A DNA stretch of 47,466 nt from Actinomycetes bacterium (GTDB taxonomy: Bacteria; Actinomycetota; Humimicrobiia; JAHJRV01). This document shows, in pieces, positions 1-8,072 of this stretch. Location of the stretch: NCBI GenBank assembly GCA_030612085.1, contig JAUWOM010000001.1, positions 1-47,466 of the forward strand. Direction: 5' to 3'. Under the pieces are notes generated by a model. That model was not told where the DNA came from, ran no database searches, and was given only the letters and a program-made list of their open reading frames with translations. The translations under genes were made by a program, and so were the position numbers. Each line of letters starts with the position of its first letter. The first letter of the stretch is position 1.

Positions 1-318
1 CAACATCTTCAAAAATTGGAGAAACGTGGTTGGAGTCGTTCACGAGCAAGAGATTACTATGATATCTGGATGATATTTAATCATTATCCAGGTCAATTGA
101 GAATAGAAATTTTACCAAATCTCTTTTTACAGAAATGTAAAATTCGGAATATTGATTTTAGAGGACCAGAGGATTTTTTTAATAAAACTTTATTGGATTA
201 TCTTGCAAAAACTTGGGAGCAATGGTTAGGTCCTTTAGTTCTAGAGTTACCATCTTTTAATCTAGTAATAGATAATCTTAAACAGAATCTTTTTAATATA
301 TTCAAAAGTGCTAAGTAA
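1..318 (+). CDS. C-terminal fragment of an AbiEii/AbiGii-type nucleotidyltransferase toxin family protein (5' end lies outside the window)
   Basis: Frame 1 is open from base 1 (QHLQKLEKRGWSRSRARDYYDIWMI...). The RARDxYDIW segment and the tail length resemble the C-terminal part of DUF1814/AbiEii proteins. The track ORF 16..318 begins at an internal TTG. Confidence 0.45.
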   Translation, partial: QHLQKLEKRGWSRSRARDYYDIWMIFNHYPGQLRIEILPNLFLQKCKIRNIDFRGPEDFFNKTLLDYLAKTWEQWLGPLVLELPSFNLVIDNLKQNLFNIFKSAK

Positions 319-344
319 ATCTTCAAACACAAAATATAAAAATT

Positions 345-1496
345 CTATTTATTTTTTTCTTTTACGAAAAATAGCATTATTATAGCTAAAACAGTTAAAA
401 TAAATGAGAAGATAAATGGAGTAGACATACTAATTTTATCCCACAATATTCCAGCGATAAAAGATGCTGGTAAAGCAGAAAGTCCAATTACCATCTGGTA
501 AGTTCCTAAGATACTAGCTCGGTATTTCTCAGGTGAAAGTTCAGAAACCAAGGTTCTTTGTACTGGTTCTAAAGACCCTTTATGTAGACCATATAAAACA
601 AAGACTACAAATATTACCCAATAGCTTTTAATAAAAGCAAAACAAATACATAATAAAATCCAAAAAATGTAGGAGAGAACAAGTATTGGTTTTCTTCCTA
701 ATTTGTCTGATAACTTGCCAAAGGGAAGAGCAGTTAAGGTTGCTACAACCGAAAATACTAAATAAAGTACTGGAATAAATCTGACTTGAAATCCAAGTTC
801 TTTTGCAAATATTAATAAAAATGAATAGCTAAAAGCACCAAGTGCAAAGATTGCACTTAAAATAAGAAACAATATAAGATTCTTATTAAAATCTTTTAGA
901 GTTAATGATTTGAATACCTTTGTTATTCCTGCTCGTCTTTCTTTTGTAAGCATTAAGATGAGAATTGCTCCAACAAAAGAAGGTATGGCAGCAATTAGGA
1001 AAAGGTTTCTATATCCAAGTTCATTAAAAAGAAGAAGGCATAGCAAAATTCCACATACTGCTCCTAAATTATCCATTGTTCTTAGAAAGCCAAAGTTTTT
1101 CCCACGATTTTCGTCCGTAGAAAGGTCAGCAATCTCAGCATCTCGCGGTGCTCCTCTTATCTTGCCTGCTCTATCTAAAATTTTAAATGGTATAAGATGC
1201 TGCCATATTGATGATATAGCATAGCCTATTCTTGAAAGGGAAGCAGCTAAATAACCTGGCCAGATAAAAATCTTTCTTCGCCCTATCCTGTCAGAGATAT
1301 AACCAGATATAACTTGTGATAATGAAACAATAGCTTCACCTAAACCATCAATAAACCCTAAAGCTGACATATTTGCTTTTAAAACATTTGTTACAAACAA
1401 TGGCCAGATTGGATATATCATATCTGAACCCATATCATTCAAGAATGAAGCTAAACTAAACGTCCAGATTACTCTTTTTGTTTCTCTTTCATCCAT
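345..1496 (-). CDS. MFS transporter
   Basis: 383 aa, about 12 hydrophobic helices, and an MFS loop 2-3 type motif (SDRIGRRK). Confidence 0.75.
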   Translation of the reverse strand: MDERETKRVIWTFSLASFLNDMGSDMIYPIWPLFVTNVLKANMSALGFIDGLGEAIVSLSQVISGYISDRIGRRKIFIWPGYLAASLSRIGYAISSIWQHLIPFKILDRAGKIRGAPRDAEIADLSTDENRGKNFGFLRTMDNLGAVCGILLCLLLFNELGYRNLFLIAAIPSFVGAILILMLTKERRAGITKVFKSLTLKDFNKNLILFLILSAIFALGAFSYSFLLIFAKELGFQVRFIPVLYLVFSVVATLTALPFGKLSDKLGRKPILVLSYIFWILLCICFAFIKSYWVIFVVFVLYGLHKGSLEPVQRTLVSELSPEKYRASILGTYQMVIGLSALPASFIAGILWDKISMSTPFIFSFILTVLAIIMLFFVKEKNK

Positions 1497-1616
1497 TCTT
1501 AGTTTCCTCTCTTATATTTTCTAAAATTAATAATGTTCTCATTTTCTATATAATTTTTTAATTAAAAGATTATTAATACTTTACCATAATTAATGTCTAA
1601 TAAATATTTTTTATGT

Positions 1617-1646
1617 TTGACATAGTTTTTGAGTCTTTGCTATATT
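1617..1646 (+). promoter_or_regulatory. Candidate sigma70-type promoter facing nth
   Basis: TTGACA (1617-1622), 18-nt spacer, TATATT (1641-1646). AT-rich background makes chance matches likely. Confidence 0.3.
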
Positions 1647-1816
1647 ATTGCTGATATACGTATATATAATTAACATATATTGTATATTCTAAAACCAATT
1701 TATTGATAAAATATGTATATATGAAACTTTATTTATGTTTGAGAATGTTTTTTGCAATACTCAGACTTATTAATTCTATAAAAAGTCATTAAAAAAGTAA
1801 GTGAAATTCTATTAGT

Positions 1817-2467
1817 ATGAAGTCAAAAGAGGATAAAAAAAGAGTAATTGAAATTTTAAGAATATTGTATAAAAATTATCCTGAAGCTAAGACAGCTTTA
1901 AAATGTAGTAATGCATTTGAGCTTTTAATTGCTACAATACTTTCTGCTCAATGTACAGATAAGCAGGTAAATAAGGTAATGAAAAATCTTGTTAAAAAAT
2001 ATCCTTCACCTTATGAATATGCTTATGTAAATCCAATAGATTTAGAAGAAGATATAAGAACGACAGGATTTTTTAGAAATAAAGCAAAAAACATTATTGC
2101 GTGTTGCAAAAAATTAATAGAAGATTTCGAAGGAAAGGTACCTGATAATATGGAAGATTTAGTTTCTCTTCCTGGGGTGGGTAGAAAGACTGCAAGCGTT
2201 GTCTTGGGGAACTATTTCAATATACCATCAATTGCTGTTGATACACATGTAAATAGAGTTTCAAGACGTTTAGGACTTACTTCAGAAGAAAAAGTAGAAA
2301 AAATTGAACTTGACTTAATGAAGATTATTCCAAAGGATGAGTGGATATTTTTTTCAAATGCTTTAATACTTCATGGTCGTAATGTTTGTAAATCTAAAAA
2401 ACCTGATTGTTTAAATTGTGATTTAAATGAGCATTGTTCCTCCAGAGACCTTTTCATACTTCAATGA
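1817..2467 (+). CDS. nth: Endonuclease III (DNA glycosylase/AP lyase)
   Basis: HhH-GPD core (LIATILSAQCTD, LPGVGRKTA) and a C-terminal 4Fe-4S ligand pattern C-X6-C-X2-C-X5-C (CKSKKPDCLNCDLNEHC). Confidence 0.9.
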   Translation: MKSKEDKKRVIEILRILYKNYPEAKTALKCSNAFELLIATILSAQCTDKQVNKVMKNLVKKYPSPYEYAYVNPIDLEEDIRTTGFFRNKAKNIIACCKKLIEDFEGKVPDNMEDLVSLPGVGRKTASVVLGNYFNIPSIAVDTHVNRVSRRLGLTSEEKVEKIELDLMKIIPKDEWIFFSNALILHGRNVCKSKKPDCLNCDLNEHCSSRDLFILQ

Positions 2468-2555
2468 GATTGGTTTCGTCGCTAATGCTCCTTGTAATGA
2501 CAGACAGAACTACATTTGCAATGATAAACGAGAATCCTGCTCCTCGCAATGACAC
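2465..2555 (-). repeat. Two copies (2465-2501 full, 2517-2555 partial) of GC-rich REP-like repeat family A (core GTCATTGCGAGGAGC...GCAATCTCA on the opposite strand)
   Basis: The reverse complement of 2465-2501 (gtcattacaaggagcattagcgacgaaaccaatctca) aligns with 33021-33056 (gtcattgcgaggagcattagcgacgtggcaatctca). 2541-2555 repeats ctcctcgcaatgaca. The first copy contains the nth TGA stop. Confidence 0.7.
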
Positions 2556-2637
2556 AGTATTAAACTTGTTTTAAATTATTATTGGAAATGAAGATCCTTA
2601 TATTTTGTTATTTGAAATTAAGATTTTTAGACTATAA

Positions 2638-3975
2638 CTACTCAAGTTTTTCCATTTTTATTTTATGAAGCTTCTCTAAACTGGCTTTAATTTCTGTAAG
2701 ATTCTTTCCGTATAGTGGATAGAATGATATTGAGATGAAGGCCAAAGCCAGAGAAATAATAGGAATGATAGATATTAAAGAACGAATTCCTAATTCTACT
2801 GATGAGGGTTGCACTTTAAGTTCTGCATTATATCCAGTTGAAGTGAGAACAGATGAAATCATTATTGCTTGAATTGAAAGTGATATTCTTACTATAAATC
2901 CTTGCATTCCAAAATACATCCCTTCTCTTCTAACACCGGTTTTAAGTTCATCCTCATCAATAACGTCTGAAAGTAAGACATCAAAAAGAAAATTTAAACC
3001 AGCTAAACCTATACCAAGAAATGCAGAAACAATCATTCCAATTTTTATATTGTTTATAAAAAATAGAGGAATAATTGCTATAGAAAAAATTATTATTGCT
3101 ATCCTGAATGCTTTTTTAGCTCCGAATTTATCAGTTATTTTTTTCCATATAAGTATTGTGGCAAAAGCAACTAAGAATATAGGTAATAACATTTTTGTAT
3201 TGTCCTGATCTGTACCTTTTAAGACATATTTTGTGTAGAAGGGTAAGCAAGCTATAAGCATTGTAAAACTAAGTTGAACTAAAAAACTGGCTAAAACATA
3301 GGTTATAAAAGAACGATTTTTAAGGGAACATTTTAATGCTTGAGTGAAAGGAAGTGCTTTTTCTACACTGAATTCTTTTTTCTCTTTACTTCCCCATAAA
3401 GATATACTCATAATAATGATAAAAATTGTTCCATATAGAATTCCCATACCACTCCAACCAATTCTTGTATAAATAAGAGGTGAGAGGGCTGATCCTGTTA
3501 TTAATCCAATAAATAGTAGGAAATTCCTGTATCCAGCAACCTCAGTTCTTTCTTTTAAATTAGTAAACATTTCTGGAAAAAGTGCTGATGTGTTTAGAAA
3601 TATTAGAGTATAAAATGTGTCGAAGAGAAAAACGAAAATTAAATAATAAATGAAAAGTTGAGTTGTTTGACCGCGCCCTACTCTAAAAGGAGGGGACCAA
3701 ATAAGTGCAAAGCAGATTGCTAATGGAATTATGCTGAATGCAATATAAGGAATTCTTCTACCCCACTTAGTTCTTGTTTTATCAGAAAAATGTCCAAATA
3801 GTGGGTCATTAATTGCATTCCATATACTATATAAAATCCATCCATTACGGAAGAGTTGTGGGCTCAGTTTCATTAAATCTATATAAAAATAATTTACATA
3901 AGTTCCAAATGTATTAGAAACAAATTGAGAAGCAAATGAGCAAAAACTGTATGCAATCTTTTTTGTTCTCTTCAC
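2638..3975 (-). CDS. GPH-family (glycoside-pentoside-hexuronide:cation symporter-like) MFS transporter
   Basis: 445 aa polytopic protein. The N-terminal pattern (NAINDPLFGHFSDKTRTKWGRRIPY) is typical of MelB/GPH transporters. A GTG start overlaps the upstream stop by 4 nt (GTGA). Confidence 0.7.
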   Translation of the reverse strand: MKRTKKIAYSFCSFASQFVSNTFGTYVNYFYIDLMKLSPQLFRNGWILYSIWNAINDPLFGHFSDKTRTKWGRRIPYIAFSIIPLAICFALIWSPPFRVGRGQTTQLFIYYLIFVFLFDTFYTLIFLNTSALFPEMFTNLKERTEVAGYRNFLLFIGLITGSALSPLIYTRIGWSGMGILYGTIFIIIMSISLWGSKEKKEFSVEKALPFTQALKCSLKNRSFITYVLASFLVQLSFTMLIACLPFYTKYVLKGTDQDNTKMLLPIFLVAFATILIWKKITDKFGAKKAFRIAIIIFSIAIIPLFFINNIKIGMIVSAFLGIGLAGLNFLFDVLLSDVIDEDELKTGVRREGMYFGMQGFIVRISLSIQAIMISSVLTSTGYNAELKVQPSSVELGIRSLISIIPIISLALAFISISFYPLYGKNLTEIKASLEKLHKIKMEKLE

Positions 3976-4985
3976 AATCCTACTCCATCGATTTCGTAAC
4001 TACAGTACTGGCATATTCCATCTTTTATATCTTTTTTTATAATCTGGTATCCCAATCTTTGAATTACTAAATTTTTACAATTGGGACAATATGTATTTTC
4101 ACCTGTGCTACCTGGAACATTTCCCTCATATACATATTTAAGACCTTCATTTAAACCAATCTCTCTTGCCTTGTGAATGGTATCAATAGGTGTTGGTGGT
4201 TTGTCTTTTAAATTATATGAAGGATAAAATCTGCTTATATGCCAAGGAGTATTGTCACCTAATTCATTAACTATAAATTTTGCTATTTTTCTTAACTCAT
4301 CAGGTGAATCATTAAGTGTAGGTATGATAAGTGTAGTTACTTCAACCCAAATTCCTAATTTTTTCATCAGTTTTAATGTATCTAAAACTGGTTGTAATTT
4401 AGCACCACATAACTTTCTATAGAAATCATCACTAAATGATTTTATATCTATGTTAGCAGCATCAAGATAAGGCTCAAATTTTTTTATTGCTTCTTCTGTC
4501 ATATAACCATTTGTTACAAATACATTTTTAATATCAACTTCATGAGCCAATTTAGCTGTATCATAAGCATATTCGAAAAATATAGTGGGTTCTGTATAAG
4601 TATATGCAATGCTTTTACCCCCGTATTTTTTTGCATTTTCAACTATTGACTTTGGTGAAGCCTCATTACCCATTATTAGATGTTCGTCTCTTACCATCTG
4701 TGAAATTTCCCAATTTTGACAAAATTGGCATTTGAAATTGCATCCTACAGTAGATATAGAATAAGCAGTAGTTCCTGGGTAGAAATGAAATAATGGCTTC
4801 TTTTCTATTGGATCAACATGTTGGGAAATTGTTCTGCCATATACTAATGTATATAAAGTTCCATCTTTATTTTCCCTGACAAGACATATTCCTTTTTTTC
4901 CTTCATTTATTTTGCATCTATGCGCACATAAATTACATTGAACCTTTTTATCACCAATTTTTTCATATAGCATAGCTTCTTTCAC
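3972..4985 (-). CDS. amrS: AmmeMemoRadiSam system radical SAM enzyme
   Basis: N-terminal Cys cluster (CNLCAHRC...GICLVREN), HVDPIEKKPLFHF, and the radical-SAM motif GCNFKCQFCQNWEISQ, all characteristic of this family. Confidence 0.8.
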   Translation of the reverse strand: MKEAMLYEKIGDKKVQCNLCAHRCKINEGKKGICLVRENKDGTLYTLVYGRTISQHVDPIEKKPLFHFYPGTTAYSISTVGCNFKCQFCQNWEISQMVRDEHLIMGNEASPKSIVENAKKYGGKSIAYTYTEPTIFFEYAYDTAKLAHEVDIKNVFVTNGYMTEEAIKKFEPYLDAANIDIKSFSDDFYRKLCGAKLQPVLDTLKLMKKLGIWVEVTTLIIPTLNDSPDELRKIAKFIVNELGDNTPWHISRFYPSYNLKDKPPTPIDTIHKAREIGLNEGLKYVYEGNVPGSTGENTYCPNCKNLVIQRLGYQIIKKDIKDGICQYCSYEIDGVGL

Positions 4986-5170
4986 TAAAATTCACCTCAA
5001 TATAGGATTTTTTATAATTTATATTATTTTTATATACTTTCTTCTCTCTTTAAAAAATATTTTAAAGTATCAATATATTACTTAAAAATTGTCATATAAA
5101 TTATATCTAAAAAAACAAAGAATATAAAAGCATAGAGAAATATCTGTTAATGTTACTAATTTGATTAAAA

Positions 5171-5926
5171 TTAAGAAAATTGTTTATTGAAGGTTTCTCT
5201 GGTGATGATTTGTGTTCTTTGTTTATTTTGTGGCTTTCTACCTCTTTTGAATCGAAAATCACATTTTTCAAAGCCTTCTGCAAGTGTCATTGTTCTAACA
5301 AGTCCTGTACCTGTCATTTTGCTAGAGTAATAATCATAAAGACAAATATAAGGTGATATTTCTTCAACACCCTGTTCACGCCAAAATTTAGATATTGGGC
5401 ATGCAGTATAATCAATTCCAAAATCAAATTCTTTCCCATCACCCTCAATAAAATAAAGCATAAAATTGTCAGAATATATACCCATTTGTGATTTTTTTGC
5501 AAATCTCTTTATAATCTTTCTATGAAGTATATTAAAAGGAAATGTAAGAAGAATAAACATTAAAGAACGTATCAAAAATTTCTTTACTTTTGGGATTGAG
5601 TTAAACGTTTCTTTCATAATCTCAAATAAAAAAACAGCTATCTCTTCTGTTGGATAATTATATCTTTTCATCACTTTGCTAAAAGCAAGTGCAATTGTTG
5701 TATCAATAAGATTCTTGGTCAATCTGTTCTTATCACCTCCAATAAATGGTATATTAGGTAATAAGGATTCATATTCCTGTCGAACTTCTTTTTCAATTTT
5801 ATTAGTGAGCCTATCATCTAACTGTGTTGATAAAACTTTCCTAAAGAGATTGATATTCTTATCGAAGTTTTTTATGATTATTGACTTTTTCTGAAGATAA
5901 TAGTTATGTGTTAATTTTGTATCCAA
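5171..5926 (-). CDS. L-2-amino-thiazoline-4-carboxylic acid hydrolase (ATC hydrolase) family protein
   Basis: The C-terminal segment YTACPISKFWREQGVEEISPYICLYDYYSSK...LAEGFEKCDFRF resembles the conserved end of the ATC_hydrolase family. Confidence 0.5.
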   Translation of the reverse strand: MDTKLTHNYYLQKKSIIIKNFDKNINLFRKVLSTQLDDRLTNKIEKEVRQEYESLLPNIPFIGGDKNRLTKNLIDTTIALAFSKVMKRYNYPTEEIAVFLFEIMKETFNSIPKVKKFLIRSLMFILLTFPFNILHRKIIKRFAKKSQMGIYSDNFMLYFIEGDGKEFDFGIDYTACPISKFWREQGVEEISPYICLYDYYSSKMTGTGLVRTMTLAEGFEKCDFRFKRGRKPQNKQRTQIITRETFNKQFS

Positions 5927-6094
5927 ATCTTTATCATTCTTATAATAAAATTTATTTATTTTATTTTATATTATTTTAATAGAGGAAAACTTATTATTTA
6001 TAAAATTTAAATTTTGGAATGTTTATTTTTATTAAAGAATTAAGTTTGTAATATAATTACTTAAAATAATGGTTTTAAAATATTGGAGGTTTTA

Positions 6095-6955
6095 ATGGCA
6101 GAAAAAAAGGTTACTATAAATGATCTTCTTGATATGAAAAAAAAGGGAGAAAAAATTGCTATGGTAACAGCTTATGATTATCATACAGCTGTTTTAGCTG
6201 ATAGAGCTGGTATGGACGTTGTTTTAATAGGAGATAGTTTAGGAATGACAATGCTTGGTTATGAAAATACTCTTCCAGTTACAATGAATGAGATGATAAT
6301 ATTTTCAAAAGCAGTGACAAGAGGATGTAAAAAACCTTTAGTTGTTGGCGATATGCCATATATGACATATCAGGTTTCAATTGAGGATGCAATGAGAAAT
6401 GCTGGAAGATTCATGAGTGAAGCAGGTACTGATGCAATTAAATTAGAAGGCGGTAAACATATGGCAAAGACAGTAGAAGCTTTAGTAGAAGTTGGAATTC
6501 CTGTTATGGGACATATAGGTCTTACCCCACAAAGTATGGCAACGTTAGGAGGATTTAAAGTTCAAGGTAAAACTGCTCAGGCAGCAGTAGACCTTTTAGA
6601 TGATGCAATTGCATTGGAAAATGCAGGATCATTCTTTATACTTTTAGAATTAGTTCCCTCAGCAATAAGTAAGGTTATATCTGAGAGATTAACTATTCCT
6701 ACTGTGAGTATAGGAAGTGGACCAGATTGTGATGGTCAATTATTGATATTTCATGACCTTGTTGGTTTATTTGAAGCTTTTACACCAAAACATGTTAAAA
6801 AGTATGCAAATCTATCAGGAGAAATAGAAAATGCTTTTAAAAACTATATAAAAGATGTAAAAGAAGTTAATTTCCCAACAACTAAACAATCTTTTACTAT
6901 ATCAGAAGAGGAAAAGAAGATATTTTTTGAATTATTGAGCAAGAGAGAAAAATAA
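6095..6955 (+). CDS. panB: 3-methyl-2-oxobutanoate hydroxymethyltransferase (ketopantoate hydroxymethyltransferase)
   Basis: VTAYDY...LIGDSLGMTMLGY...VVGDMPYMTY...IKLEGG motifs. I prefer ATG 6095 (GGAGG 5 nt upstream) over the track TTG at 6083, which lies inside the RBS. Confidence 0.9.
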   Translation: MAEKKVTINDLLDMKKKGEKIAMVTAYDYHTAVLADRAGMDVVLIGDSLGMTMLGYENTLPVTMNEMIIFSKAVTRGCKKPLVVGDMPYMTYQVSIEDAMRNAGRFMSEAGTDAIKLEGGKHMAKTVEALVEVGIPVMGHIGLTPQSMATLGGFKVQGKTAQAAVDLLDDAIALENAGSFFILLELVPSAISKVISERLTIPTVSIGSGPDCDGQLLIFHDLVGLFEAFTPKHVKKYANLSGEIENAFKNYIKDVKEVNFPTTKQSFTISEEEKKIFFELLSKREK

Positions 6956-6968
6956 TTTCTAAATGAAC

Positions 6969-7002
6969 CCCCCTCCCTTGATGGGAGGGGGTAGTGGGAG
7001 GG
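6969..7002 (+). repeat. GC-rich REP-like repeat family B: C-rich arm / loop / G-rich arm plus a second G-block
   Basis: ccccctccc (6969-6977) pairs with gggaggggg (6983-6991) across the loop ttgat, followed by gggaggg (6996-7002). The same architecture occurs at 45246-45281. Confidence 0.65.
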
Positions 7003-7115
7003 TGATTTAAACAATTTTCACATATTACTTTTGAATATAGCTATAAAAAAAAAGAAGATTTAATACTAGATTTATTTTTATAAAAACAAATGAAAAAATA
7101 ATTAAAGGAGGATTG

Positions 7116-8048
7116 ATGGAAAAAGTTAAAAAGGTAATAGAAAAAACAGGTATTCCTGGAAGAGATGTATATGAGATTCCCGATTCTAATAAAGTCTTTC
7201 CTGATGGGGCACATTATAGAATGGAAATATCTGGTGTTGAAAGACCATCTACTCTAAAGGCATTAATTGATGAGGTTAATAAAAGAAAAATACCTGTTCA
7301 TCGTCTTATTTCCACAGTAATGGGCTCAACTCTGTTGGATAAAAAAGAACTTAGAGATTTTGCTAAAATGGCTTCTGATGCCAGAATGGAAGTTATTATT
7401 ACTCCAGGACCACGAGGATTCTGGGATTTAGGAAAGCAGATAGCTACACCAGAAGGAGCACTTTCAGGTTTACGAGTAAGAGGTTCAGATAACCTAAATT
7501 TACTTGTTTCTGACATTATGAGATGTATTGACATAGGATTTAGAGGTTTTTTGGTCTGGGATGAAGGGGTTCTATATCTTCTTAGTAAGATGAGAGAAAA
7601 TGGAGATATTCCTTCTGATGTTGTATTTAAAGTCTCTATATTTGCTGGTCATGCTAATGCAGCGGGAGCAAAGGTTTTGGAGAATTTAGGAGCAGATACA
7701 TTTAATCCAGTTGGTGACTTAACACTTCCCATGCTTGCTTCAATAAGAAAAGCAGTAGATATTCCAATGGATATTCATGTGCTTCTTTTTGATTCTATGG
7801 GAGGCTTTAATAGAATGTGGGAGACACCAGAGTTAGCAAGGATTGCTTCTCCATGTTATTTCAAGATAGAACCAGGTGCATCAATTGGTAGTTTATATAA
7901 ACCATGGGTATCAGAGGATCTTTTAGCGAATATAGTTCGTGAAAAGGTTAAATATGCTCAGATAATGAAGGAAATGATAGATGAAAATCAACCACGATTA
8001 AAGCTCTCAGAAATAGGTTCTGAAGATTTAGCTATACCAAAAATCTAA
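7116..8048 (+). CDS. Conserved-looking hypothetical protein, function not recognised
   Basis: Long ORF with good coding character. The RBS AAAGGAGG ends 4 nt before ATG 7116 (the track TTG 7113 is too close to the RBS). I could not assign a diagnostic motif. Confidence 0.6.
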   Translation: MEKVKKVIEKTGIPGRDVYEIPDSNKVFPDGAHYRMEISGVERPSTLKALIDEVNKRKIPVHRLISTVMGSTLLDKKELRDFAKMASDARMEVIITPGPRGFWDLGKQIATPEGALSGLRVRGSDNLNLLVSDIMRCIDIGFRGFLVWDEGVLYLLSKMRENGDIPSDVVFKVSIFAGHANAAGAKVLENLGADTFNPVGDLTLPMLASIRKAVDIPMDIHVLLFDSMGGFNRMWETPELARIASPCYFKIEPGASIGSLYKPWVSEDLLANIVREKVKYAQIMKEMIDENQPRLKLSEIGSEDLAIPKI

Positions 8049-8072
8049 TTAATTAATTTAATAGAGTTTCAC

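Noticed and set aside
910-1224. 104-aa plus-strand ORF inside the MFS transporter gene. The same reasoning applies to the other short track ORFs nested antisense or out of frame in larger genes: 5314-5502, 5676-5894, 7298-7534, 9472-9654, 10589-10777, 11111-11296, 15019-15222, 17009-17197, 17969-18172, 19777-19959, 20374-20577, 22271-22465, 27032-27238, 28026-28253, 33527-33751, 36709-36963, 42351-42668, 42976-43299, 45476-45673, 45615-45863 and 46577-46792.
   Set aside because: Each lies within a longer ORF that carries diagnostic family motifs. None has an RBS or a recognisable domain.
6083-6094. Track TTG starts at 6083 (panB), 7113 (hypothetical protein) and 29805 (5'-nucleotidase-like gene).
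   Set aside because: Each TTG lies inside or immediately next to the Shine-Dalgarno sequence. An ATG 3-12 nt downstream has proper RBS spacing in each case.
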